A stretch of DNA of 64,000 bases from Candidatus Bathyarchaeia archaeon (GTDB taxonomy: Archaea > Thermoproteota > Bathyarchaeia > TCS64): the NCBI GenBank assembly GCA_050014495.1, contig JBEKDF010000015.1:1-64000 (forward strand), read 5' to 3'. Numbering within the stretch: position 1 is the stretch's first letter; each line of letters opens with the position of its first letter. Below the pieces are notes generated by a model. That model saw nothing but the letters and a program-made list of their open reading frames with translations. It ran no database searches and was not told where the DNA came from. Shown in pieces: positions 49,030 through 58,912 of the stretch. A program made the position numbers and the translations under genes.

Positions 49030-50019
49030 TCAATGTTTTTTCTTTATTTCTGGGTTGACTGCATTTGGTGGTTCTCTATCCTCGAGGACCGCGATTAAAT
49101 TCGTGGCAGCCATAATTGCCATAGCCATTCGTGTGTCAGTACTCGCGCTTGCTATATGAGGCGTCATAACAATGTTATCGAGATCGATTAAGGGACTTTT
49201 GGGATCTATGGGTTCTTTCTCGAATACATCTATTCCTGCTCCAGCGATCTTCCTCGTATTTAATGCCTCGTAGAGAGTTTTTTCATCAATTACAGGTCCC
49301 CTAGAAGTATTGATAAGGTAGGCAGTATTTTTCATCAGGTTGAATTGTTCTTTTCCGATGAGATGTAGTGTCTTATTTGTTAAGGGTACATGGATTGATA
49401 CAAAGTCCGCCTGTGTCAGTAGATCATTCAGTGATGCGTAGACTATACCGTATTCTTTTTCTAGGTCTACTCGACGGATGGGATCATAATATACCACATT
49501 CATATCGAAACCTTTCGCCCTTCTCGTCATGGCTACACCTATTCGGCCTAATCCAACTATACCCAACGTCTTTCCGTGGATATCAGACCCCATGAACATT
49601 CTTGGACCCCAAGCATGAACCCATTTTCGGGCTCTTATGTTCTTGTCGCCTTCAACAATTCTACGTGATACCGTCATCATAAGGGCAAATGCAAGGTCAG
49701 CAGTAGTCTCTGTGAGTATCCCTGGAGTGTTTGTAATATAGATACCTCGTTTCGATGCTTCATCTACATCAATATTATTGAAGCCAACAGCATAATTGCT
49801 GACAACTTTGAGCCTCTTAGCTGCGTCAAATACCTCCTTGTCTATTTTTTCGGTTATTAAGCAGAGAAGTCCATCAATGTCGCCAACTTTTCTCATTAAA
49901 ACTTCTCTTGGTACTGGATCGTCATCTCCTTCAAATATTTCTACCGAACTACTTTTCTTTAACAAGTCTATTGCGGGTTTGAAGAACTGTCTGGTCACGT
50001 AGACTTTGGACTTTGTCAA
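49030..50019 (-). CDS. gyaR: Glyoxylate reductase / D-glycerate dehydrogenase
   Basis: NTPGIL, GLGRIG, INTSRG, PHIAS. Confidence 0.88.
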   Translation of the reverse strand: MTKSKVYVTRQFFKPAIDLLKKSSSVEIFEGDDDPVPREVLMRKVGDIDGLLCLITEKIDKEVFDAAKRLKVVSNYAVGFNNIDVDEASKRGIYITNTPGILTETTADLAFALMMTVSRRIVEGDKNIRARKWVHAWGPRMFMGSDIHGKTLGIVGLGRIGVAMTRRAKGFDMNVVYYDPIRRVDLEKEYGIVYASLNDLLTQADFVSIHVPLTNKTLHLIGKEQFNLMKNTAYLINTSRGPVIDEKTLYEALNTRKIAGAGIDVFEKEPIDPKSPLIDLDNIVMTPHIASASTDTRMAMAIMAATNLIAVLEDREPPNAVNPEIKKKH

Positions 50020-50127
50020 AACTTTCCTCTAATAAATGACCTGTTTCTTTTTATCATTTTTCAGTGATTATAGCAAGTTTAATATTCTTTTTTTTTCTGA
50101 ATATTGTTTTAGGGGCTTTGATACCAT

Positions 50128-50850
50128 TTGGGTGAAATAAAAGGAGAGTCGAAGAATACCTTAGAGAACTTGTTTGAAGGAGTGTTAAAACCACTACATA
50201 GTCGAAACGCACGACGCATCTATCAAGTGTTTTACCAGAATAAGGAATACCCACATATAACGACTCATGATATCGAAAAAAAGCTAGAGGAACAAGGACT
50301 ATTTATCAACAAGAAGGAAATTAACGGCTGGCTAGTATCCCTTCAGGAATCGGGATTGATATCGAAAATGGATGAGCGAGGAAAGCCCATAGCATCTGAC
50401 TATGAAAATCGTTACACCTTCGATCTTTGGAGGTTAACTGAAACAGGGTTATTAGTTGGTGGAAGACTCCCTACCTTGATGGCTAAAAAGAACTCTTCTT
50501 TACCTGCACTTGCTGACATTAATCCATCCACAATCCTTGAGATCGAGGATCTATACCTGACTGCTAAGCTATTAGTAATCCTCTACGAGCGGGGAGGTCA
50601 AGCTGGTTACAAAGAGGTAAGAAAAGAATTGGCAATAGATCGGGAGAAGCTGGCCGTCTATTCTTGGCCCGACGCGGCACACTCAAATAAACCCCTTTTC
50701 GTAATAATCGTAAAGCCGTCTTCGTTTATGTCGAAGCTTTTCAAGCTGCTGGGATGGTTCCTCGAACAGGATCTATCTTTCAAACTTACAGAAGAGGGGA
50801 TTAGGATGGCTGAAACAATAACTTCGAAGGAAAAAGGGATCGATAGCTAG
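50128..50850 (+). CDS. Hypothetical protein, probable tandem winged-helix
   Basis: Two wHTH-like ends WRLTETG and FKLTEEG. Confidence 0.6.
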   Translation: MGEIKGESKNTLENLFEGVLKPLHSRNARRIYQVFYQNKEYPHITTHDIEKKLEEQGLFINKKEINGWLVSLQESGLISKMDERGKPIASDYENRYTFDLWRLTETGLLVGGRLPTLMAKKNSSLPALADINPSTILEIEDLYLTAKLLVILYERGGQAGYKEVRKELAIDREKLAVYSWPDAAHSNKPLFVIIVKPSSFMSKLFKLLGWFLEQDLSFKLTEEGIRMAETITSKEKGIDS

Positions 50851-51087
50851 GATTCTTGTCCCAATTGTTGAATGTATATTATTCATAAGGCATACACGAC
50901 TACCCTCGCAAATTGATAGATTAGAGTTAAAAAACGATTAATTGAACCACCTTTTTAACATCCAAAACATGAAACGAACAGTAGATTAAATAATGCTGGA
51001 AAAGGATGGGACAAGAAAAAAGTCCATGAATAATTTTTTGGGTTAAGAATATATTAAGTGGGGTCTTAGAGACATCGCGATACACCT

Positions 51088-52344
51088 ATGAGAGAAATTG
51101 TCGAGTCCCGTCTTTCAAATGGGTTAATGATAGTAACAGAGGAAATCAAGGAATCCAGTTCAGCATCAGTTGGGATTTGGGTCAATGTAGGCTCCCGGGA
51201 CGAGATAGAAGAATATCACGGGTGCACACATTTTCTAGAACATCTACTCTTCAAGGGTACTTCGAAAAGGAGCGCTAAGGAGATATCGAGGGCGATAGAG
51301 GAACGAGGCGGCTACCTCAATGCATTCACCGACAGGGACATGACATGCTTCCATGCAAAGGTACTAGGAAAAGATCTCAAACTCGCTTTGGAGGTCCTAT
51401 CCGATATAGTTCAAAATCCTCTACTTAAACAGGAAGACGTCGAGAAGGAAAGGACAGTAGTTCTTTCTGAGATCGATAATAGAGACGATGATCCGGGGGA
51501 CCTCATACATGATCTCTACTTTGAGTCAGCATGGAATGGGAATGAGGCAGCCCACCCTATACTTGGGGAGAAAACGTCTCTAAGCAATCTGACCAGCGAC
51601 TCGATTCGTACCTATTTCGAGAGGCACTACTTGCCCGGCAGAATGATAGTTACAGGTGCTGGCGCTTTGAAACATGAGGAACTCGTTTCGATTATCGAAA
51701 AAAATCTCATCATAAACAAAGGTTATAATGGCGTAGAGACCCGCGATAAGCCCTTATTCAAACCGGTTAAACAACACATCCAACGTCAAACAAGTCAGGT
51801 TCAAATCGCCCTGACATCTAAGGGTTTAGCCTATTCTGACCCTCAACGGGACACCCTAAACTTAATCTCGTCCTACCTAGGGGTAGGAGCAAGCTCAAAA
51901 CTGTTCCAGGAAATACGAGAAAAGTATGGCTTAGTCTACTCTATCTTCAGCACAGGCTACTCTATGAGCGACGCTGGTGTATTTGCTATACTCGCTGGTA
52001 CTCAGGATCAGTATGTGGAGAAGATTCTGAGGATTGAGCTCAGAGAGCTAGAAGCGCTGAAAAGGAACCTATCAGAGTTGACCTTAAAGAAGGTCAAACA
52101 CAAGACTACAGGTCTCTTCGTGTTACATTCGGAGAGCTCCGAGAGCAGGATGATTCAACTGGGGGTCTCAACGTTAAGGCAGGGTAAGCCAAAGTCCTTG
52201 CAGGAAGCCATCGATGGCATTAACTCAGTGGGGTTGGATTCAATGAAAGATTTAACAGAGGATATTTTCTACATTGATAGTTTAGGGCTCACGACTCTAG
52301 GCTTGTCCGAATCGACTGTGAAGAAAGTAAATGCATTATTCTAG
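51088..52344 (+). CDS. M16 family zinc peptidase
   Basis: HFLEHLLFKGT (HxxEH), NAFT, SKLFQEIREKYGLVY. Confidence 0.93.
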   Translation: MREIVESRLSNGLMIVTEEIKESSSASVGIWVNVGSRDEIEEYHGCTHFLEHLLFKGTSKRSAKEISRAIEERGGYLNAFTDRDMTCFHAKVLGKDLKLALEVLSDIVQNPLLKQEDVEKERTVVLSEIDNRDDDPGDLIHDLYFESAWNGNEAAHPILGEKTSLSNLTSDSIRTYFERHYLPGRMIVTGAGALKHEELVSIIEKNLIINKGYNGVETRDKPLFKPVKQHIQRQTSQVQIALTSKGLAYSDPQRDTLNLISSYLGVGASSKLFQEIREKYGLVYSIFSTGYSMSDAGVFAILAGTQDQYVEKILRIELRELEALKRNLSELTLKKVKHKTTGLFVLHSESSESRMIQLGVSTLRQGKPKSLQEAIDGINSVGLDSMKDLTEDIFYIDSLGLTTLGLSESTVKKVNALF

Positions 52345-53117
52345 TCCCTCCGCATGGGACTAGATGTCTCCCACAGGTGCTTGAAGTAGCCTCTAGATAT
52401 CATATTGAGACCAACGTGGTCTGACCAGATCGCTAGGCTCTCCTCGCGCTCTATCCCTTGATTTAGGAAGAGCAGCGTTTCGTGCCCGTCAGCTACGATT
52501 CCTCCCCCGAACATATCATCTCGTGTCCTTACCTCGGTCAGGTGAACGAGTATATCGGGGAGAGCTTTCTCAGCTTCCCTAGTGATCAGTAGTTGAATCT
52601 GTAGCTTTCGGTCCATTTGAGTTTGGAATGTCGGGATCACTTTCATGATTAATGGCAGAGGGAGTACTGGGAGTGCCACCATAAGTTCCTTTTTCGCGCC
52701 AATTATGGTCTCGCTAATCCGTGAGATGATGTTGTCTTCGCCCCGTATTATCCAGATCTCGGGCTTCTCCTTGATCTCCCTGTGCTCATAGACAGCTTGG
52801 AGCTCCGATACGACCATCTCCCTGTTCTTCTCGAATCTGTCTTCCTGCCTCGTCTTCTCAGATCTGAGTGCCTCGACTGGTGATTTCGGATAGTACATCC
52901 TAGGGCGACCTCCCTTCACCTCTACCCAGCCCTTTTTCTCGAGCGTATCCAATACGGTGTAGACCTTGGAGTAGGGGATTGTGGTCGAGGAGCTCACGTC
53001 GTTGGCGGTGAGTTCGCCGGCTTTCACGAGGGAGAGGTATGCCATGGTCTCATACTCGGTTAGGCCAACGTCCCTCAGCGCCCTCTCCGCCTTCACGCTA
53101 ACTGGTGTCCTCGACAT
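52341..53117 (-). CDS. TrmB family transcriptional regulator
   Basis: GLTEYETMAY, IPYSKVYTVLDTLEKKGW. Confidence 0.92.
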   Translation of the reverse strand: MSRTPVSVKAERALRDVGLTEYETMAYLSLVKAGELTANDVSSSTTIPYSKVYTVLDTLEKKGWVEVKGGRPRMYYPKSPVEALRSEKTRQEDRFEKNREMVVSELQAVYEHREIKEKPEIWIIRGEDNIISRISETIIGAKKELMVALPVLPLPLIMKVIPTFQTQMDRKLQIQLLITREAEKALPDILVHLTEVRTRDDMFGGGIVADGHETLLFLNQGIEREESLAIWSDHVGLNMISRGYFKHLWETSSPMRRD

Positions 53118-53256
53118 GCCGATCGAAGACAGAGAATCGGGGTTTTATTTACCTCTATCGGTGGGAATAACTACTACTTAGAAGGTGAATAATACGAATA
53201 CGTTCTTAAGATAAGTTATGGTTTTCATCGCTAACAAAGTCAAGCGGGCATAATTT

Positions 53257-54774
53257 ATGAATAAAATAAAAGACACTGAGAGTCTCTGCCCCGAGTGTAT
53301 GAAGGTTCTACCCGCGGAGATCTACGAGGAGGGGGGAAAGGTCTATATTAGGAAGACATGTCCCGAGCACGGCGAGTGGTCTGACCTCTATTGGGGAGAC
53401 TATAAGCAGTACATCAGGGCGGCAGAGTTCGCGGCTAACGGAAATAAGCTGGACAACCCCAGGACAAAGACTGAGAAGGGCTGCCCCTACGACTGCGGTA
53501 TCTGTCCTGAGCACAAGTCACACACCGTGTTGGCGATAATCGACATCACAAACAGGTGTAACCTACGTTGCCCAATATGCTTCGCCCATGCGGGGGCGGC
53601 GGGTTACCTCTATGAGCCAACGAAGGATGAGATACGGGGCATCATGGAGAACCTTAGGTCGAACAGGCCGATCCCGCCACCGGGACTGCAGTTCAGCGGG
53701 GGTGAGCCGACTGTCCGTGAGGACCTCCCAGAGCTGATAAAGATGGCAAAGGACATGGGTTTTCACCACATCGAGATCAATTCGAACGGCATCAGGATGG
53801 CTGAAAGCGTCGAGTATTGTAAGACCCTAAAGAATGCGGGGGCTAGCACGGTCTATCTGCAGTTTGACGGTGTCACCCCAGAGCCCTACAAGGTGGCGAG
53901 AGGTTTCGACTTACTCACGATCAAGAAGAGGGCTCTTAGCAACCTCAGGGAGGCGGGCTTCCACAGCGTCGTCCTTGTCCCTGTGCTTGTCGGCGGAGTA
54001 AACACAGACCAGGTCGGTGACATCATAAGGTTCGCAATAGAAAACCGCGACGTTGTCAGATGCGTGAACTTCCAACCAGTCGCAATAACTGGGCGAATAA
54101 ACAAGAAAGATAGAGAGCAGATGCGTATAACCATCCCCGACTTAATGAGACTCGCCAACGAACAAACTAACGGACTCGTGAAGGAGAGTGACTGGTTCCC
54201 TATCCCAACCGCAGTTGCGTTCACCCAGTTCATTGGTCACCTCAAAGGGAAGGAGTACATCGATTTCAGCACTCATCCCCATTGCGGAATGGCTACCTAC
54301 TTAGTCATGGAGGGGGACAAAGTAGAGCCAATCACCCACTATCTCAATGTCGAGGGACTGATAGAATCCGTCAAGGATGCTAACGAGCAGTTCGAGTCAG
54401 GGAATAAGACTAGAGCAACTGCTTCTGCTGTTGCTGGCGTCATGAAGAACGTTAAACTTGGTACATTCCGCAAGTATCTGCTACCTGTCCTCACAGATGG
54501 GAGTTATCAGAGTCTCAGTAAGCTCCACCACAACATGTTGATGATTGGCTCCATGCACTTCATGGACCCCTACAACTTCGACATCGAGAGAGTTCAGAGA
54601 TGTGTCGTCCACTACGCCACTCCTGATGGAAAAATCGTTCCATTCTGCACGATGAACGCCCTACACAGGGCTGCAACGGAGAAAAAGTTCGCACGACCTA
54701 TCAACCCAAAGGTCAATACGCCGCTGTATGACGTAGCGACGTTGACGAAGAAGATTGAGAATGAAGGCGTTTAA
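53257..54774 (+). CDS. tes: Radical SAM tetraether lipid synthase (Tes/GDGT-MAS family)
   Basis: SLCPEC...CPEHG, GCPYDCGIC, CNLRCPIC, HPHCG, RCVVHY...PFC. Confidence 0.85.
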   Translation: MNKIKDTESLCPECMKVLPAEIYEEGGKVYIRKTCPEHGEWSDLYWGDYKQYIRAAEFAANGNKLDNPRTKTEKGCPYDCGICPEHKSHTVLAIIDITNRCNLRCPICFAHAGAAGYLYEPTKDEIRGIMENLRSNRPIPPPGLQFSGGEPTVREDLPELIKMAKDMGFHHIEINSNGIRMAESVEYCKTLKNAGASTVYLQFDGVTPEPYKVARGFDLLTIKKRALSNLREAGFHSVVLVPVLVGGVNTDQVGDIIRFAIENRDVVRCVNFQPVAITGRINKKDREQMRITIPDLMRLANEQTNGLVKESDWFPIPTAVAFTQFIGHLKGKEYIDFSTHPHCGMATYLVMEGDKVEPITHYLNVEGLIESVKDANEQFESGNKTRATASAVAGVMKNVKLGTFRKYLLPVLTDGSYQSLSKLHHNMLMIGSMHFMDPYNFDIERVQRCVVHYATPDGKIVPFCTMNALHRAATEKKFARPINPKVNTPLYDVATLTKKIENEGV

Positions 54775-54778
54775 CTCT

Positions 54779-56467
54779 CTATACTTTTAATATTGCCCCG
54801 TTGTCGGCGGAGGTTACTAATGAGGCGTACCTCACTAAGTAGCCCTTTTTCACCTTTGGTTTTGGTGGACTCCACCTCGCCTTTCGCTTGGCTAGCTCCT
54901 TCTCGGAGACGCCTAGTTCGAGTTTCCTGTTGGGGATGTCTATTGTTATCTTGTCCCCATCCTCGATGAGAGCGATTGGACCGCCCGCAGCTGCCTCGGG
55001 TGAGACATGTCCTATGCAGGGTCCGCGTGAGGCACCTGAGAACCTCCCATCGGTTATGAGTGCGACCTCTTCACCTAACCCCATCCCAATGATTGCGCTC
55101 GTACCAACAAGCATCTCCCTCATCCCGGGTCCGCCTTTGGGGCCCTCGTAGCGAATGATTAGCACGTCGCCTGGTTTTATCTCGCCTCCATAGATAGCCT
55201 TGACAGCTGGCTCTTCCTGTTCGAAGACCCTTGCTGTGCCCTTAAATGTCCACATCTTAGGGCTTATAGCTGCCATCTTGGCGACAGCACCGTTTGGTGC
55301 GAGGTTGCCATAAAGGATGGCTATTCCGCCTTCCTTGTGAATGGGATTCTCGATAGGGCGTATTACCTCCTCGTCGTAGACCTTGACGTCCTTGAGATTC
55401 TCCTTGAGCTTCTCGCCGGTCGCGGTCATCACGTTGAGGTTGAGGTTCTCCTTGAGTCTGGTCATGACGGCGGGTATGCCACCTGCCCTGTGGAGGTCCT
55501 TGATCTTGTATGGTCCGGCAGGAGACATGTTGCAGAGGTGGGGCGTCTTCTTGCTTATCTCGTCGAAGAGTGTGAGGGATAGATCGTAGCCTAGCTCATT
55601 GGCTATGGCCTTGAGGTGGAGGACGGTGTTTGTTGATCCTCCTAGGGCCATATCGACTGTGATAGCGTTTCTGAGGGCTGCCTCGGTCATGATCTTGCTG
55701 GGAATTATACCCTTATCTAGGAGTGTCATGACGCGGCTGCCAGCCTCTACTGCTAGTCTCGCACGCTCCATGCCTGTACTCTCTGCTGTTGCCATGTAAG
55801 GTAGGGTCATACCTATGGCCTCAGTGAGGCATTGCATGGTCATGGCTGTGAACATCCCTCCGCATGCGCCTGGGCTCTGGCAACAGGTATTCTCGAGGTA
55901 AACTGCCTCCTCCTGGCTCATCTTACCCGCCTTGACGAGGGCGGTTACCTCGAACATATCCTGAACAGTTATAGTCTTGCCCTTGTACTTACCCCATGTT
56001 GGGCACCCAGGCTCCATCGGGCCTCCAAGGACGAAGATGGTGGGAATGTCGATCCTCGCGGCAGCCATTAGCATGCCTGGGTCGATCTTGTCACAGCTCG
56101 TCATGCAGACCATGGCGTCGAAGCCGTGGGACTCAACCATAATCTCGAGGCTATCGGCCACTATCTCCCTGCTCGGGAGGCTCATCTTCATGCCATCATG
56201 ACCCATAACTATGCCGTCGCAGACGGCTATGGTGTTGAACTCTATTGGGACACCTCCGGCCTGGCTTACACCGTGTTTGACATATTTTGCGAGATGGTTT
56301 AGGTGGATGTGACCGGGGTTGATCTCGTTCCAGGAGTTGGCGATGGCGATGAGTGGTTTGCCTATGTCTGCATCTGTTAAACCAGTGCCCTTTAGTAGTG
56401 CGCGTTGGCTTAGGCGTTCGTCTCCATCGTATACTTTTCTACTCCTGTGTCGTGTGTCCTGTGGCAT
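54779..56467 (-). CDS. ilvD: Dihydroxy-acid dehydratase
   Basis: CDGI, CDK, GGSTN, GPGMREM, TDGRFSG. Confidence 0.96.
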   Translation of the reverse strand: MPQDTRHRSRKVYDGDERLSQRALLKGTGLTDADIGKPLIAIANSWNEINPGHIHLNHLAKYVKHGVSQAGGVPIEFNTIAVCDGIVMGHDGMKMSLPSREIVADSLEIMVESHGFDAMVCMTSCDKIDPGMLMAAARIDIPTIFVLGGPMEPGCPTWGKYKGKTITVQDMFEVTALVKAGKMSQEEAVYLENTCCQSPGACGGMFTAMTMQCLTEAIGMTLPYMATAESTGMERARLAVEAGSRVMTLLDKGIIPSKIMTEAALRNAITVDMALGGSTNTVLHLKAIANELGYDLSLTLFDEISKKTPHLCNMSPAGPYKIKDLHRAGGIPAVMTRLKENLNLNVMTATGEKLKENLKDVKVYDEEVIRPIENPIHKEGGIAILYGNLAPNGAVAKMAAISPKMWTFKGTARVFEQEEPAVKAIYGGEIKPGDVLIIRYEGPKGGPGMREMLVGTSAIIGMGLGEEVALITDGRFSGASRGPCIGHVSPEAAAGGPIALIEDGDKITIDIPNRKLELGVSEKELAKRKARWSPPKPKVKKGYLVRYASLVTSADNGAILKV

Positions 56468-56907
56468 GGGGTGTTAGGGTTTGTTTGGCGAATATATAGA
56501 TTGGGTGTTGTCTCAGCGCGTATGTGCAAAGTAGGGAGGGGAAGCTAATAACAACAACACCTATATTTTGGTATATTTGAATCAGTTTTTAGGAACAGCG
56601 CGTTTTTCGAGGTTCTCCGTCGACGAATATTGAATATTCCGACTCCGATTCGTCGAGTAGAAGGGAGCTGGAGGCCGTAAATCGTGTCCATAATGTTGAG
56701 ACTTCATTCTTTTAAGGCGTAAAACATTGTGGTGGGCCTCGATCCTCAACGAGGCCGTTTCCAGGCTCCTTTCCTAGTAAAAGGATATTTATTATGTCCA
56801 TAATAATGTAGTTATGTAATTCAAGACTCATACTTGGATAGATTTTGTGTCCAATCAAATTGACTATAGTAGAAAGATGAATAACATCGTTGTCTTCCTT
56901 CTAATCA

Positions 56908-57447
56908 ATGAAACTCCTCGACAAGCGGGAAGTGCGTGAGAACTACGACGATCTGGGGGGAAGGCTCTATGATCTCAGGTACGAAGAGGAGCAGTCGAGG
57001 AAATTCGATGTCGCGGTACTACTCACTCTCCCGAGGATGGATGATTTGCTCCTCGACAATGGGTGCGGCACTGGTATGTTCTTGAAGCGAATAGATTCTC
57101 CTTGTGTTGGTTTCGACCTAACAGCTAGTCTCCTCACGGTCGCAAAAGAGAAGTTGAAGACCAACCACCATCTGGTGCAGGGCGACTCCGAGCATCTACC
57201 GTTTCGGGAGAAGGTTTTCCATGGGGTCTACGCTGTCACGCTTATACAGAATCTACCAAACAAAGAGCTGGCAATCTCGGAGATGAAGAGGGTATCAAGG
57301 GCTCAAGCTACCCTGCTCATAACAGCGCTGAAAGCGGTGTTTGAAAAGAAATACTTGGTCGGGCTGTTGGAGGGGAAGGAATTCAGCAGGGTTGAAATCG
57401 TAGGAGATGCGGGTATAAACGACTGGATAGCGTACACTCGGGTTTAA
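56908..57447 (+). CDS. Class I SAM-dependent methyltransferase
   Basis: LDNGCGTG, GDSEHLPF. Confidence 0.9.
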   Translation: MKLLDKREVRENYDDLGGRLYDLRYEEEQSRKFDVAVLLTLPRMDDLLLDNGCGTGMFLKRIDSPCVGFDLTASLLTVAKEKLKTNHHLVQGDSEHLPFREKVFHGVYAVTLIQNLPNKELAISEMKRVSRAQATLLITALKAVFEKKYLVGLLEGKEFSRVEIVGDAGINDWIAYTRV

Positions 57448-57552
57448 TTATAGGTGGGATTCACCTGAAAATCGCGTACGTTTTGGTTTGTTCAGAAGGT
57501 TTTTATAATCTCTCCCTGGGTCTATCTATGAATCTCCAAGGATGTAGAACGA

Positions 57553-57843
57553 ATGGAGCCGAGTAAGAAGCCACTTAACGTACTCATAAAGAGCGTCGGG
57601 AGTAACGTTACAATAAATCTCAAGGGTCACGGGGAGTACTGGGGGAAGATGACCCGAGTCGACGGATATATGAACATCATGCTCAAGGGCGCCAAAGAGT
57701 ATGATCAGAATGGCCTAGTTGCCAATTATGGTGATGTTTTCGTGCGAGGCAACAACATCGTCTACATCTCTATAGACCCCGCTACCCCACCGAACCCGAA
57801 GGGGAAGGCAGGAAAGGGCGAGGAAGACGATGACTCACCATAG
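57553..57843 (+). CDS. Sm/Lsm (SmAP) protein
   Basis: DGYMNIML Sm1, VFVRGNNI Sm2. Confidence 0.93.
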   Translation: MEPSKKPLNVLIKSVGSNVTINLKGHGEYWGKMTRVDGYMNIMLKGAKEYDQNGLVANYGDVFVRGNNIVYISIDPATPPNPKGKAGKGEEDDDSP

Positions 57844-57955
57844 AACATAAAAGATTTGATTTCTAGTCATTAACAGCATACTTTTAGTTCATTTACCCTA
57901 ACCCATTTAGCCCTAAAACATGTGATTAAAATAGCGATTACTGCATGAATGGGCA

Positions 57956-58528
57956 TCAGAATTCCTGTTTGAGCTCTTGCCCCAAACGGTTGATAAATTC
58001 GCACAAGTACTCCGTTCGGTCCCTCGCGATCCGTTTCGCTTCCGCCGTGAATACGAGTCCCTCGAGCTTGAGCAGTTTTTCGTAGAAGTGTGCGACGAAT
58101 TCGTCAATGGGCCTCGCGTTCTCACCGCTGTAGACCGCTGTTCTATATACGCCAAGTGCTCCGAGTGCGTCGAGCTTATCGGCATCAGAGAGTATTTCTC
58201 CTTCGAGAGTTTCGGGGGACTTGTTTCCGGAGAAGCTATGCGTCGAGATGGCGTTGGTGATTTTCTCGATATCATCGGGTGAGTAACCATACCTCTGGAG
58301 AATGGGTTTGGCCTTCTCCGCCCCTACCTCAGCATGGTTTTGCTCTTCCCTCGCCAAGTCGTGGAGAAGCGCTGCAGGTAGGAGTATTCTCATATCTGCT
58401 CCCTCGATCTTGCCAATGTGCAAGCACATGCTGTAGACCCTATCAATGTGCTCGTAGCCATGCGTGCCGGAGGGCAGTGTGGAATTTCGGATCTCCTTCC
58501 TCATCTTCGCGAGGGTTTCCTCCACCAT
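57956..58528 (-). CDS. HD domain protein
   Basis: HGYEHIDRV, LLHDL, SDADKLDALG. Confidence 0.92.
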   Translation of the reverse strand: MVEETLAKMRKEIRNSTLPSGTHGYEHIDRVYSMCLHIGKIEGADMRILLPAALLHDLAREEQNHAEVGAEKAKPILQRYGYSPDDIEKITNAISTHSFSGNKSPETLEGEILSDADKLDALGALGVYRTAVYSGENARPIDEFVAHFYEKLLKLEGLVFTAEAKRIARDRTEYLCEFINRLGQELKQEF

Positions 58529-58843
58529 CTACGCACTCACCTTTACGACGTTGCTATCCCTGCCAATGTTGACCTGAAGTATCCCTTTGTAGCTTGTTAT
58601 GAAGCAGTTATCGAGCTCGACCATATCCCCCGGAACGATATCCCTGAAAAACTCAATCTTCTCATTCCAAGCGGTAAATGAGATAGAGACTTCCCCGTCG
58701 CTTATCTCGCCATCGAGTATCATATGCTCGACACCAGTGAAGGTCTTCACCTTTCGTAGCTCATTCTTCTTGGAGACCTTGACCTTGAAGTTGAGATGTT
58801 CCATCCCGGGGCGGAGTTCAGCAATTTTGGGAGCCTTGGTCAT
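58529..58843 (-). CDS. Single OB-fold ssDNA-binding (SSB/RPA-like) protein
   Basis: KIAELRPGM, FTAWNE, PGD, YKGILQVNIG. Confidence 0.85.
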   Translation of the reverse strand: MTKAPKIAELRPGMEHLNFKVKVSKKNELRKVKTFTGVEHMILDGEISDGEVSISFTAWNEKIEFFRDIVPGDMVELDNCFITSYKGILQVNIGRDSNVVKVSA

Positions 58844-58912
58844 GTTGCTCGTCAACTTCGGTGGGCGCCATAAAAGAGTTGGGTTCAACGCTTAAAGAGT
58901 GGATGCACTTAG

